From Fibrobacteria bacterium (GTDB taxonomy: Bacteria > Fibrobacterota > Fibrobacteria > UBA11236 > JADFYW01), in assembly GCA_050294405.1 (NCBI GenBank), contig JBNKOC010000021.1, positions 1 through 64,000 of the forward strand: a stretch of DNA of 64,000 bases. Reading direction: 5' to 3'. The position numbers were made by a program, and so were the translations under genes. Below the pieces are notes generated by a model. The model saw only the letters and a program-made list of their open reading frames with translations. It did not search any database and was not told the origin of the DNA. This document shows positions 36,922 to 47,659 of this stretch, piece by piece (the stretch's first letter is position 1; each line of letters begins with the position of its first letter).

Positions 36922-37044
36922 CCCTACCCTTCGGGAAAGCCATCAGACTTCGATGCCTGCGTTGTCGGAGCTCGCAGTACGGGTAGTACAGCTTCGCTCC
37001 TTCGCCTTGGCCTCTAACCCCGATGACCTTTCGCATCACTAGGG
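36922..37044. repeat. Palindromic interspersed element
   Basis: Imperfect terminal IR; core shares caaggcg..gcgaWgctgt..actgcgag..cgacaacgMag with 46701-46824. Confidence 0.7.
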
Positions 37045-38237
37045 TTGCCTATTGCCTTGCCGAAAATTTCAACGGCTGCCAAAATTTGCTCCCGGGTAAT
37101 ATTTAACGGAGGCAAAAAACGAATTACATCACTACCGGCCTTGCAAATCAAAAGCCCAAGCTCCCGACATTTGCCAATTAGTTCCATTTGGTTGCCTTTA
37201 TAGCGAATGCCTAGCAAAAAGCCTTTGCCTAAAAGGGGAAGTTCAAAATCCTCCCTTGCGTTGGATTCAATGGACTCCGTTAATTTTTGACGCATAAATT
37301 GTGCATTTTCTCTGACTTTAAGCAAAAAACGAGCATCGCCCACTTCCGAAACCACAGCTAAGCCCGCAGCGCAAGCCACGGGATTCCCTCCAAAAGTAGT
37401 GCCGTGATCCCCCGCTTGAATGGGGTCCGCCAATTCTTTTTTAATGAGAACTCCACCCAAGGGAAGTCCACCGCCAAGAGGCTTTGCCAGGCTCAGCGCA
37501 TCGGGCTTAAAGTTCCAGCTATCTGACGCTAAAAACTCACCGGTTCTTCCGCAGCCCGTTTGTACCTCATCGGCAATTATTAACACCCCCATTTTCTGGC
37601 ACTGGGCAATGGCCTCCAACATTTCCTCGGAATGGGTCATCACGCCACCTTCGGCCTGAATGGGTTCTAAAAAGATAGCTGCGGTATCTTCCCCGCAATT
37701 TTTTTTAAGGGCCTGCACATCGTTAAAGGGAACTTCCACGAACCCCTCAAGCAGGGGTTCAAAGGACTCTTTTAATTTTTTTTGCCCGGTGAGGGATAGT
37801 GAGCCCATTGTCCGTCCGTGAAAAGAAGAACTGAAACTGAGGATTTTTTTTCGGGATGTTTCTCCTTTTTGCAGCCAATATTTGCGCACAAATTTTATTA
37901 AGGCTTCATTGGCCTCTGCCCCGGAGTTACAGAAAAAAACTTTTTCGTAACCAGTTTTTTCACTGAGCCATTGTGCCAATTTTATTTGAGATTCCACTAA
38001 ATACAAATTGCTAACGTGGCAAAGGGCATTGGCCTGGGTGATAATGGCTTCAGAAACAGGAGGATGGCAATGGCCCAGAGCATTTACGGCAATACCTGTC
38101 ACACAATCCAGATATTTTTTGCCGTTGGAATCCCATACATAGCTACCTTCGCCGCGAACCAGGCGTAAACTGCGTTCCCCATAATTTTTTAGAAAAACCT
38201 GATTTCCCGTATTTATGGATTCGGCAAGCTCATTCAA
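37014..38237 (-). CDS. argD: Acetylornithine aminotransferase
   Basis: NSGAEANE, FHGRT, EPIQAEGG, DEVQTG, AKPLGGG, TFGGNP; TTG 38237 has an AAGGAG RBS. Confidence 0.93.
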   Translation of the reverse strand: MNELAESINTGNQVFLKNYGERSLRLVRGEGSYVWDSNGKKYLDCVTGIAVNALGHCHPPVSEAIITQANALCHVSNLYLVESQIKLAQWLSEKTGYEKVFFCNSGAEANEALIKFVRKYWLQKGETSRKKILSFSSSFHGRTMGSLSLTGQKKLKESFEPLLEGFVEVPFNDVQALKKNCGEDTAAIFLEPIQAEGGVMTHSEEMLEAIAQCQKMGVLIIADEVQTGCGRTGEFLASDSWNFKPDALSLAKPLGGGLPLGGVLIKKELADPIQAGDHGTTFGGNPVACAAGLAVVSEVGDARFLLKVRENAQFMRQKLTESIESNAREDFELPLLGKGFLLGIRYKGNQMELIGKCRELGLLICKAGSDVIRFLPPLNITREQILAAVEIFGKAIGNPSDAKGHRG

Positions 38238-38261
38238 AAGGATTCTCCTTTGCAAATTGTG

Positions 38262-39056
38262 TTACAAACTAATGATGGTGCCTTGGGGCTCAAGCCCAAG
38301 TAACTGTTTTTCCAGGTTTTCCCGGCTGCTAAAACCGCTAATGTGCACTTCTCCCACCCCATTTTTAAGGCAGGATAAACAGCTTTTAATCTTAGGAACC
38401 ATGCCACCAGAAATAACATCTTTTTCTATCAATTCCCGAATGGCTGCTTCATTTAAACTGGCTATTAATTTTTTTTCCCCGTCCAAAACTCCGGGAACAT
38501 CCGATATAAAAATCAATTTGGATACATTTAAACTCTCGGCCAACGCGCGGGCCGCCTCATCGGCATTCACATTATAGGCCAAACCATTTTTGTCCACGGA
38601 TATGGGAGATACAATGGGAAGCCCTCCCTGTTTTAAAATGGTTTTAACCCATTTGGAATCCACCTCTGTAATTTCACCTACCTGGCCGAGTTCCGTGCTA
38701 ATAGGCTGGCATAAAAATAGATTTCCATCCACCCCGGAAATTCCTATGGCTTTTTTATCCCCCTCAGGGAAAAATTGATTGTGAAGCCTTACCAGATGTT
38801 TATTAACCTGTCCAGATAAGGTCATTTCCACAATATCCATAGCCTTCTGGCTGGTTGCCCTTAAGCCATTGATAAAATGGGGTTCTTCGTCCACCCACTT
38901 TAAGTTTCGGCTAATATTTTTGCCGCCGCCATGAACCACGACTACAGACAAACCACGCAAACAGGCATTGGCCACCGCTTGGCAACATTGGCTGAGGCTC
39001 TCCTGGTTTTCAGCCATGGACCCCCCAATTTTTATAAGCAACCTGTTTTCTGCCAT
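38262..39056 (-). CDS. argB: Acetylglutamate kinase
   Basis: IKIGG, VVHGGG, NVNAD, SDVPGV, GGMVPK. Confidence 0.94.
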   Translation of the reverse strand: MAENRLLIKIGGSMAENQESLSQCCQAVANACLRGLSVVVVHGGGKNISRNLKWVDEEPHFINGLRATSQKAMDIVEMTLSGQVNKHLVRLHNQFFPEGDKKAIGISGVDGNLFLCQPISTELGQVGEITEVDSKWVKTILKQGGLPIVSPISVDKNGLAYNVNADEAARALAESLNVSKLIFISDVPGVLDGEKKLIASLNEAAIRELIEKDVISGGMVPKIKSCLSCLKNGVGEVHISGFSSRENLEKQLLGLEPQGTIISL

Positions 39057-39059
39057 GGC

Positions 39060-40097
39060 TTATAAAAGGCCTGTGGATTCGTCCAGCCCAAACATGAGGT
39101 TCATGTTCTGCACTGCCTGACCCGAGGCCCCCTTAATGAGGTTGTCAATTACCGATACAATAATAAGCTGTCCACCGGCTCTGGGAAGGTATGTATAAAA
39201 ATGGCAATGGTTGGTTCCGCTTACATCCCGGGTGGAAGGAGAAACATCCACATGGTGCACGAACTTAGATTGGCCATAAGCGCTTTGGTACAGCTTATCC
39301 AAATCTCCCTGAGATACATTTTTAGAGAGCGAGCAATAAATGGTGGACAATATGCCCCTTTCCATGGGAACCAGATGAGGGGTGAATAAAAGATTAATTT
39401 TAGCCTTAGCCATTAGGGTTAACTGCTCTGATATTTCCGATATATGCCGGTGTTGGTCGCCGATTTTGTAAGCTTCAAAAGCTTCATTGCGATTGCCAAA
39501 ATGTGTGGTTTCTGAAATTCCTTTGCCCGCGCCGGAAATGCCGGATTTGGAATCGGCGATAATGTTATTTGTATCAATTAAATTTTCTTTTATAAGGGGA
39601 AGCAAAGGCAGTAAAATGGAAGTGGGATAGCAACCGGGATTGCCAATAACATTTGCGGATTTTACTTTTCCGCCATGCCACTCGCAAAGCCCATAACATG
39701 CATTTTCTAAAACATCGGGAATCGGGTGCTTTACTCCGTATACATTTTCATATACATCTAAATCCTTTAACCTGAAATCGGCGGAAAGATCAATAACCTT
39801 GGTTTTCTTATTAGAGATAAAAGATTTGAGCAGGGAGGCAGACGCTCCGTGGGGCAGGCAGGAAAAAACAACATCAGGAGCTGTCTCCAGAACTTGAGAT
39901 TCTGAAAGCAATACATCCAAAGCCTCAGGGATAAAACCTTTGAATTGAGGATACATACGGGTGTATAAACTGCCCGGATTGGAGTTGGCATGCAGCCAGG
40001 AAATGTCGGCGGCACTATGGCTGAGCAGGATTTTGACCAGCTCCCTTCCGGTGTAAGAACTGGCCCCTAAAATTCCGATTTTTACTTTTTGGTTCAT
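39060..40097 (-). CDS. argC: N-acetyl-gamma-glutamyl-phosphate reductase
   Basis: DLSADFR, NPGCYPT, SGISGAG, DNLIKGASGQAVQN. Confidence 0.96.
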   Translation of the reverse strand: MNQKVKIGILGASSYTGRELVKILLSHSAADISWLHANSNPGSLYTRMYPQFKGFIPEALDVLLSESQVLETAPDVVFSCLPHGASASLLKSFISNKKTKVIDLSADFRLKDLDVYENVYGVKHPIPDVLENACYGLCEWHGGKVKSANVIGNPGCYPTSILLPLLPLIKENLIDTNNIIADSKSGISGAGKGISETTHFGNRNEAFEAYKIGDQHRHISEISEQLTLMAKAKINLLFTPHLVPMERGILSTIYCSLSKNVSQGDLDKLYQSAYGQSKFVHHVDVSPSTRDVSGTNHCHFYTYLPRAGGQLIIVSVIDNLIKGASGQAVQNMNLMFGLDESTGLL

Positions 40098-40262
40098 AGC
40101 AAATTCTCCAGTTCTTAAAAGTATTTTAAAGCGGCAAAATTTTCACAAATTTGGCAGGATTTGTAATTATTGATTGCTTTTGAAGGCCTAACAATTCTAT
40201 ACTGGCCTTAAGTTTTTTGATTTATTAGTGGCATCAAAATTTAGGATTCACAGGAAAAAAGG

Positions 40263-41351
40263 ATGGGAATTTTGAATAAAACAGCTTGGTTTTTCACTGC
40301 TGCCCTGGCTGCCTCTGTCTGTTGGGCCGGTAGCTCAGACCTTAGAGGAAGCATACAAATTCAGTCCAGCAAAGCCTTGATGGGCGGTTTTGGCAATGTG
40401 GATCAGGTTTTCGGGCGGGCCAATATGCTCTGGTCCTTTGAGGAAGACAGTACCTTTAGCTCGCTTATTCACGCCAGAGCCTACCCCGCTGGTTTTCACC
40501 ACGAACCTATGCAGGGAGCTGGATGGGTAACCGATAGCAGCTTGAGTTGGCCCATTCCCGTTATTGTAAACCAGGAGCCCACCAGTTCTGGAAATCCCAC
40601 CTGGCATATTTACGAAGCCTGGATACGCTACAAATTTACGGATTTCGATATTCGCATCGGAAGAATGATTACCCATGAAACCAAAAGCCTGCACTTTGGA
40701 AATTATCTGGATTTGCCTAACGGTGGCAGCTTCACCCTGGGACGCATTGGAGTTCACAATTCCCTGGAATTTTTCAAGGTATACGGCATGTTCCACACCC
40801 GGGTACATTTAGGACTTGGCGATACCAAAGGGGACAGGGGTTATTTAAGGTTTCACGAAACCATTACTCCACTTCAAAACCTGAAAATTGGACTAGGTTA
40901 TAAGATAAATATTTTCGATTTGGTGAATTTCTCACCTGATGAAGACGAAGCTCAATTAAAAAATATTATAACTGCCCATGTGGACTATCAGTTAAATCCC
41001 TTAATCGGTGTTTATGGTGAAGGTTCCTGGAGCCATGTAAAAGGAGATGCTGATGAGAGAGACCCCATTCCTGTTACGGCTGGCTTTTCTCTTTCCACCC
41101 AGACTATTTTAAAAGAACTGGAAGTGCCCCCGGTTTTAGACGAATTGCGTATGGAAATGGAGTATCTTAATGACCGCCATCTTAAAAGAGGGCCTTACAA
41201 TGGATTGGAAAAGGACTTTTTGTGGAATATCTACCTTTCCAAAGTTTGGCTGAAAAGGATGCATTTTGAGGGAGGCATGTTTGCCGCCCCCAATAGCCGG
41301 GATCTGGATGATATTGGCGTTGGACTTCGCTTTACCTCTTCTATAAACTAA
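40263..41351 (+). CDS. Hypothetical exported protein, probable outer-membrane beta-barrel
   Basis: Signal peptide; IYEAWIRY, DIRIGR strands typical of porins. Confidence 0.7.
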   Translation: MGILNKTAWFFTAALAASVCWAGSSDLRGSIQIQSSKALMGGFGNVDQVFGRANMLWSFEEDSTFSSLIHARAYPAGFHHEPMQGAGWVTDSSLSWPIPVIVNQEPTSSGNPTWHIYEAWIRYKFTDFDIRIGRMITHETKSLHFGNYLDLPNGGSFTLGRIGVHNSLEFFKVYGMFHTRVHLGLGDTKGDRGYLRFHETITPLQNLKIGLGYKINIFDLVNFSPDEDEAQLKNIITAHVDYQLNPLIGVYGEGSWSHVKGDADERDPIPVTAGFSLSTQTILKELEVPPVLDELRMEMEYLNDRHLKRGPYNGLEKDFLWNIYLSKVWLKRMHFEGGMFAAPNSRDLDDIGVGLRFTSSIN

Positions 41352-41363
41352 TTGGCTTATTAA

Positions 41364-41387
41364 AAAGGAGCATCCCTTTGCTCCTTT
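41364..41387 (+). terminator. Intrinsic terminator
   Basis: aaaggagca / tgctccttt. Confidence 0.6.
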
Positions 41388-41435
41388 AAAGATTCTTCTG
41401 TTGAATAACCCAATTACTATTTTATTTTTAGCCCC

Positions 41436-42113
41436 ATGTCAGATAGGATTAAAAAAATGCTGGGTACTCAGGCCGCCCAGCTCGTTGAAAACAAAATGAT
41501 TGTTGGCCTGGGAACCGGTTCCACCTCCCGATATTTTATAGAAGCCCTGGCTCAAAGAATTGAAGAGGAAAAACTGGAAATAAAATGTGTAACCAGTTCC
41601 TTTGCCTCCCAGCTTTTGGCCAGGGAAGGCAATATGCCCGTGGTGCCCATCGGACAAGTTCAGCATATGGACTTATATGTGGATGGGGCCGATGAAGTGG
41701 ACCCGGAAAAGTGTCTCATCAAAGGCCGTGGCGGTGCTATGGTGCAGGAAAAAATTTTAGCCAGCATGTCCAAAAAATTTGTGGTCATTGTGGATAATTC
41801 CAAGCTGGTCAAAAATCTGGGAGAAAAATTTTCAGTTCCCGTGGAATGCATTCCAGATTCCCTGAACCTGGTCATGCTCAAATTAACAGAGCTCAATTCT
41901 ACTCCTGTAATCCGAATTGCAGAAAAAAAAGATGGGCCAGTTATTTCAGATCAGGGAAACTTCATTATTGACGCAAAATTTTCTGCTGCCAATGATTTTA
42001 AAGTTCTGGATAAAGAAATCAACCAAATTCCCGGTGTATTGGGCCATGGCATTTTTGTTAACCTGGCTCACAGCATATATACCAACGAAGGCGATAGTTT
42101 AAAGGTTTTATAA
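41436..42113 (+). CDS. rpiA: Ribose-5-phosphate isomerase A
   Basis: GLGTGST, DGADE, IKGRGGA, EKI, GPVISDQGN. Confidence 0.96.
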   Translation: MSDRIKKMLGTQAAQLVENKMIVGLGTGSTSRYFIEALAQRIEEEKLEIKCVTSSFASQLLAREGNMPVVPIGQVQHMDLYVDGADEVDPEKCLIKGRGGAMVQEKILASMSKKFVVIVDNSKLVKNLGEKFSVPVECIPDSLNLVMLKLTELNSTPVIRIAEKKDGPVISDQGNFIIDAKFSAANDFKVLDKEINQIPGVLGHGIFVNLAHSIYTNEGDSLKVL

Positions 42114-42149
42114 AGAAAGAGGCTGTCTCCTGGAGACAGCCTCTTTCTT
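42113..42149. terminator. Bidirectional terminator between convergent rpiA and TonB receptor
   Basis: Perfect 18-bp IR aagaaagaggctgtctcc / ggagacagcctctttctt. Confidence 0.75.
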
Positions 42150-42172
42150 GTTAATCCGAACTGTGGATTACT

Positions 42173-44176
42173 TTAAAATTTAACAGTTAGGCCGCCGTAA
42201 TAAGACGCCCCTTGAACTTCAGGTAGGGTGTAATTGGTAGCCTGGCCACCAGCGGGCAACCACACTTCTTCATCCAGTAAGTTATAAGCTTCTAAATCAA
42301 GCGTAATAACCGGACCATTTAATTTTAGCAGTCTGCTTATTTCATATTTGGCGTTAACATTCAGCAAATTAAAAGCTTCCCGTGTCTTGTTGTAGCTTGC
42401 ATTATATCTTTCATGCAGTTTTCCTTCAAAAATATTAAAGGCGCTTGCTGTTAGACCCTTTGAAGCATAGCTAATACCAACTTTACCAGTAGTTTCAGGA
42501 ACAGGCATGGCATTTCCTTCCAGGCCTTTGGTGTTGTTTTTTTGATACATTCCGGATCCAAGTAACATCAACTCTTTGGTTATGAAATATTTAAACTCCA
42601 ATTCGCCACCAAAAAAAGTGGTGGCCACTTCCTGATTAGCAAATTCATGGGGCGGAGCGGCATTTTGTTTTTGCCAAATCACCTGCTCTACCCTACTGTA
42701 GAAATTATTTATTCCAAAGCTAATTCTATCGGTTTGGATGTTTACGCCTAAATCAATGGTTTTGATTTTTTCCGGATCCAAATCATCGGTGCCTTGCAAC
42801 GTCGGGTGATCCAAATACAACTCAAACATGGATGGAGCCCTGAAGGCATTGCTATACAAGGCTTTGACATTCACAATATCTGCTGGAGCCCAAATAAGAC
42901 CCAGACGCGGATTAATATCTAGCTCAATTCCATCGGCTTTATTAGCCTGGATACCAGCCAATAATTTTAATTGAGAAATAATTTTATAGTCAGCTTGGAT
43001 AAAGCCTGAATATCTGTATTGGGCATCATCTATAGTGGTAGTTAAATTTGTTGGAAAACCACTTTCTTCGGTACCTTCCACTTTATTCCCTGAAAAGCCA
43101 ATTAAAAAATTCAGGCTCTTTGTAGGATGTATATAGTTTGTCCATTCACCTGTTAAGTCATAGGAATTTCTATGTGGAGCTGGAAAAGAATCCACAGTAA
43201 GCCAGGATTGAGTATAGGTTAAATTGAATTCCATATCCCACATTTTGTTAATGGCTTGTTTGTACCCCAAGTCATTAAACCATTTTTCCCAGGAGCCTTC
43301 CCCATAGGCATGCACTCCCGCAAAAACAGGGGCTGGCGGAGGGGGCATATATTTTTGCATGGCGTAGTGGTTTTGCCAATGGTTGTAGGAAGTCATGTAA
43401 GTAATATTTTTAAAACTCAGCTCCAGATAAGAACCATAGCCGTTATCAGGTATGGAAAAATCAGTGAATAAATCATCCTGGGATTGGAAAGTCAGTTCCC
43501 AATTTTCAGTGTAGTTGTACTGGCCACCGGCAACAATCCCCAAGTCTCCTATTTTATAAGCCACCGAGTTTGAGGTCTTAACGCTTCCAGGCATGCCACC
43601 GTGAACAGAAACTTGAGTTTTGTTTTCTTCGGCGCCCTTGGTGATAACATTGATAACACCTGAAAAAGCATTGGAACCATAAATTACGGAGCCTGGTCCG
43701 CGAATAAGTTCGATTTTTTCAATGGCCGCAACTGGAAAAGATTCCAATGTTTCTCCCTTAATTCCAGCTTCCAGAGCTTCACGCACTGGCCTTCCGTTAA
43801 TAAGCAGCAGAATGTGATTGGGACTTGAATATTGAATTCCTCTGATTGTGACCGCGCTTCTGTCTGTCATATAAAATGCTGACAAATTGACACTGGGCAT
43901 TCTCATTAAGACATCTCTTAAGCTTCTCGCGCCGAAACGTTCCATTTCATCTCGGGTCACAACAGAGATAACCCCTGGCGCATCGGATAGTTTTTCCTCT
44001 GTTTTGGATGTGGTAGTTACGGTAACATTCATCAAATCTTCAAGGGACATTTCCATCAAATCATCTGTGCTACTTGCCATTGAAGCATTATCTACAGAGC
44101 TTTCCTCCGAAAATGTGAATTGAAAAAGCATAAAAAGGAATATCAACGCTCCATTTTTAAGCAAGTTGACCGGCAT
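42173..44176 (-). CDS. TonB-dependent receptor
   Basis: Plug: MSLEDLMNVTV..SK.EEKLSDAP, IELIRGPGSVIYG; AFRAPS..EL; C-terminal GLTVKF. Confidence 0.92.
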   Translation of the reverse strand: MPVNLLKNGALIFLFMLFQFTFSEESSVDNASMASSTDDLMEMSLEDLMNVTVTTTSKTEEKLSDAPGVISVVTRDEMERFGARSLRDVLMRMPSVNLSAFYMTDRSAVTIRGIQYSSPNHILLLINGRPVREALEAGIKGETLESFPVAAIEKIELIRGPGSVIYGSNAFSGVINVITKGAEENKTQVSVHGGMPGSVKTSNSVAYKIGDLGIVAGGQYNYTENWELTFQSQDDLFTDFSIPDNGYGSYLELSFKNITYMTSYNHWQNHYAMQKYMPPPPAPVFAGVHAYGEGSWEKWFNDLGYKQAINKMWDMEFNLTYTQSWLTVDSFPAPHRNSYDLTGEWTNYIHPTKSLNFLIGFSGNKVEGTEESGFPTNLTTTIDDAQYRYSGFIQADYKIISQLKLLAGIQANKADGIELDINPRLGLIWAPADIVNVKALYSNAFRAPSMFELYLDHPTLQGTDDLDPEKIKTIDLGVNIQTDRISFGINNFYSRVEQVIWQKQNAAPPHEFANQEVATTFFGGELEFKYFITKELMLLGSGMYQKNNTKGLEGNAMPVPETTGKVGISYASKGLTASAFNIFEGKLHERYNASYNKTREAFNLLNVNAKYEISRLLKLNGPVITLDLEAYNLLDEEVWLPAGGQATNYTLPEVQGASYYGGLTVKF

Positions 44177-44426
44177 TCAAGACCTCCCAATTCTTAAACT
44201 AAAATTCAAACAAATTCTAAAGAGATATTAACCCTAGATTCAAAAAAAAATCAATAAAAAAAGAAATTATTTTTCTAATTTTTATTTTTATTCAAAAACC
44301 AATAATTTCCCAATTTTTTTAGGAAACTAAAAGACGAATATTCTTGACTCAGTATTCTGGCTGGGTTATGATTTTTTAAGAAAGAATAACACCGATTTGG
44401 AATAGGTGAAGGTCTAAAAAAATTAA

Positions 44427-44951
44427 ATGAACAGCCCTAAAATATTTAAAGGATTCTTTTATTTTTATTTTGGGGTAATAATGGCATTCACTTCAGTATT
44501 TGCTGAAGACATTAACCCTGCTCCCGAACCTTTGCAAGCCGCCATATTCCTAAAATTATTAGGATTTAATCAAAACCTGGCCTCAGGGGGAGATGTCAGC
44601 GTTTATGTGGTAGCCTCCCCTGGCTTTGCATCTGAAATGAAAAAGGCAATAGGCAAAAAAGTGGGAGCAGCCACCATAAAAAAGGTTGATGAAGGGGATG
44701 GAATTCCCAGTGAAAAACCATCTATCATTTATTTAGGCCCGGGGGCAAATGTTTCTGATATGACCTCTTATTCTAAATCCAATAAAATTTTAAGCATAAC
44801 AGGCACACCGGATTTTAGTTCTAAGGGGGCTACTCTCCTGGTTGGAGTCAGCGGTGGCAAACCAAAAATCATTTTAAATCTAACCTCTTCCAAAGAGGAA
44901 GGCATAAATTGGAACCCCGCCATTTTAAAGGTGGCTTCCACGGTAAAGTAA
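44427..44951 (+). CDS. YfiR/DUF4154-like periplasmic protein
   Basis: Signal peptide; LQAAIFLKLL.F, ILSIT, KPKIILNL..SK.EG...PAILKVA. Confidence 0.75.
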   Translation: MNSPKIFKGFFYFYFGVIMAFTSVFAEDINPAPEPLQAAIFLKLLGFNQNLASGGDVSVYVVASPGFASEMKKAIGKKVGAATIKKVDEGDGIPSEKPSIIYLGPGANVSDMTSYSKSNKILSITGTPDFSSKGATLLVGVSGGKPKIILNLTSSKEEGINWNPAILKVASTVK

Positions 44952-44969
44952 AAAGTAACCAAAGGAACA

Positions 44970-46622
44970 ATGGATATAAAGTCTTCAGAAATAAGCAAGA
45001 GCCAGGAAGGCGAAAATATTTTGGATTCCAATTTCCAAATGTCGTCCATAAAGGCACGCCTTTTGTTTTTAACTGTTGGGTTTGGCCTTTTAACTTTGCT
45101 TTTAATTGTAATTGTGGTTCCGCCCCGAGCTTCCAAATTAGCTTCCCATGTAATGGAAGAAAATGCGGTTTTTATTTCCAGTTTGCTTAGCGACAATCTT
45201 GCTCTGGGAATTCAAACCATGGTATTGGACAATGGAGAGGCCTTAAACCAGTCTCTTGCTCTTCTTAACATCGGAGAAGGAGATTCTGTTTTAATAAAAA
45301 CCATTGCTGTGTATGATGAAAACTTAAAGTTTATCAAAGGGGTTAACGCCAACTCGGGAATGAAAATCCATAAGGTACAAAAGGCAGAAATCCAATCTAA
45401 TCCCACCCAGATATTAATACTCAGTCCTATGAAAGACTTTAACAAAACGGTAGTGGGTTATGTATTTTGCGAGTTCAGCAAAAAAGGTTTAATAAACAAC
45501 ACCAAGAATTTTATGAAATCCATTTGGTTAGCCACCATTGTTTTAGTTTTAATCATCGCTGTAATTGGATTTATTGTGGCTCAGTCCATAATAAGGCCTA
45601 TTAATTCCACCATTAAAATGATAAAAAATATCGCAGCTGGAGAAGGTGACCTAACCCAAAGGCTGAGTTATACATCCAAAGATGAAATGGGTGCTCTATC
45701 TAAATGGTTCAACACTTTTGTAGAGAAAATTCAGAAGACAGTTAAGGGAGTAGCTGAAAACATGTCCTCACTTGCAGCTTTTTCCGGTGACTTTTTAAAA
45801 GTGACTTCCACCACGGGTGACGCTGCGGACAATTTGAGAATGCAGGCCAAAACCGCCAGCAAGGAAACCGAAAGCGTATCCAAATCCCTGGAGGAAATGT
45901 CCAGTTCCGCAAATGCCATGTGGAATTCTGTGGAGGCCATCACCAACTCCATGAAAGAAATGAGCTCTTCTATTAATGAAGTGGCGGAAAACTGTCAGAA
46001 AGAAACAAAAATAGTGAGCGATGCCGACTATCAAGCAGAGCAAATTTTAAACGCCATGAAAGACTTAGGAGCTCAATCAAAAGACATTGGGGAAATCACC
46101 CAGCTTATTCGGGGAGTGGCGGATAAAACAAACTTGCTTTCTTTAAATGCCACCATAGAGGCGGCTACCGCCGGAGAAGCAGGCAAAGGCTTTGCAGTGG
46201 TTGCTGTGGAAGTAAAAGAATTAGCCTTGCAAACCTCCCAGGCCACGGAAGATATCAATCGAAAAATTATGGAAATGCAGGAAAAAACAGAAACAGCCAT
46301 TTCTATGATCGATTCCATTGCCAGCCAGGTTAAACAGCTCAATAACATATCCCATACCATAACAAGCGCCATTGAAGAACAGTCTTCCACGGCAAAAGAA
46401 ATTTCGGACAATGCGGTAAGCACCAACCAGGCCGCTTCGGGAATAGCCAATATGGTTTCAGAAAGCTCTGAAAAAATTAAGAACCTATTTAAAATCATAC
46501 AGGATGTGGATAAAGTGGCCAATGAAAATGACTCCAGCTCTAAGAAAATGATTGAGCTGGTGGAAGACTTTACCCAGTTAGCCACCCGGGCCAATAAAAT
46601 CGTTTCTCAATTTAAATTTTAA
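44970..46622 (+). CDS. Methyl-accepting chemotaxis protein
   Basis: Two TM helices, HAMP ([13 protein letters not shown]), [28 protein letters not shown]. Confidence 0.94.
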   Translation: MDIKSSEISKSQEGENILDSNFQMSSIKARLLFLTVGFGLLTLLLIVIVVPPRASKLASHVMEENAVFISSLLSDNLALGIQTMVLDNGEALNQSLALLNIGEGDSVLIKTIAVYDENLKFIKGVNANSGMKIHKVQKAEIQSNPTQILILSPMKDFNKTVVGYVFCEFSKKGLINNTKNFMKSIWLATIVLVLIIAVIGFIVAQSIIRPINSTIKMIKNIAAGEGDLTQRLSYTSKDEMGALSKWFNTFVEKIQKTVKGVAENMSSLAAFSGDFLKVTSTTGDAADNLRMQAKTASKETESVSKSLEEMSSSANAMWNSVEAITNSMKEMSSSINEVAENCQKETKIVSDADYQAEQILNAMKDLGAQSKDIGEITQLIRGVADKTNLLSLNATIEAATAGEAGKGFAVVAVEVKELALQTSQATEDINRKIMEMQEKTETAISMIDSIASQVKQLNNISHTITSAIEEQSSTAKEISDNAVSTNQAASGIANMVSESSEKIKNLFKIIQDVDKVANENDSSSKKMIELVEDFTQLATRANKIVSQFKF

Positions 46623-46700
46623 TGAGCGAAGGCGTATACATAATACGCCGGGGATCACAGACGATGGCTTCAACGAAGAAATACACGACCAAATTTAGGC

Positions 46701-46824
46701 AAAATTGATTTTGGGCAGGGCAGTTCAAGGCGGAGTGAAGCTTGTAGGGCGATGCTGTGCATCAAGCACTGCGAGGTCTACAGGCTTTGCGACAACGAAG
46801 AAATGGCCGTCCAAAATCAATTTT
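46701..46824. repeat. Palindromic interspersed element (related partial copy at ~46624-46696)
   Basis: Terminal IR aaaattgattttgg / ccaaaatcaatttt; core motif shared with 36922-37044. Confidence 0.75.
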
Positions 46825-47566
46825 AAAAGGCGACGGCGGAACCGACAACTAGTACATACTCTCTTTCTCTTTTGGGGCCCCTGCTATCCGATAACATGGC
46901 ATACTGCAACTCCCACATGAGGAAAAAGCCCTTGGTGGATTTTGCCAGTTGGGGCCAGAGATAATTGATGGAAAGGGAAAAACCCCCGTTAAAACGAATT
47001 AATAATTCTCTTAATAGGCTGTGTTCCACTTCTGTGCCGTAGGTAAGGCCCAGTGCACGGCCCATTCGTATTCCCCCGCCAGCTTCCAGGCCATATTTAA
47101 AATAGCTCTCAGATAGCTGTATAGGTCTATCCTCGGGAGATGTGCTATCCGCTTCAAACTCCAAAGAGTGAAGCCCTAGAGTGGGGCCAATAAAAAAGGC
47201 CATAGGACCTAGGCGTTTGTGAAGACGGGTAAACAAAACATAGCGGCTATCCACTTGTGCGGAACTTCGGGTAGGCTCGCCAGCCACAATTTTAGAACTA
47301 GCCCCTCCGGAAATCCAGGGTTTGTAATAAAAACTGCCTTCGCCCTGCCATTGGAACAAACTGGAATGATTGTAGGTTTGCCCTTTTACAGTATACTCTC
47401 CTAATACATTGTACAAGCCAAAACCAAGGGAGCCCACCAATCCCTCTTCCAGATAAATGGAGCGGTTGGGATAGGGAATGGAATTGTCTATTTTATCTTG
47501 AGCCAGGGGCAGCTGATGAAAAACCATCCATACCAAGCCCAATATTATTGCTTTAAAACCAGCCAT
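46823..47566 (-). CDS. Hypothetical exported beta-barrel-like protein
   Basis: Signal peptide; C-terminal AVAF. Confidence 0.65.
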   Translation of the reverse strand: MAGFKAIILGLVWMVFHQLPLAQDKIDNSIPYPNRSIYLEEGLVGSLGFGLYNVLGEYTVKGQTYNHSSLFQWQGEGSFYYKPWISGGASSKIVAGEPTRSSAQVDSRYVLFTRLHKRLGPMAFFIGPTLGLHSLEFEADSTSPEDRPIQLSESYFKYGLEAGGGIRMGRALGLTYGTEVEHSLLRELLIRFNGGFSLSINYLWPQLAKSTKGFFLMWELQYAMLSDSRGPKREREYVLVVGSAVAF

Positions 47567-47659
47567 TATCCTTCAAAGTTATTCTCTCATAAATTTTGTG
47601 GTAAAAATAGCTTTTGGGCTTCTTTTTACGGCTAAAAAGTGAGGGAGTACCCAATCCCT

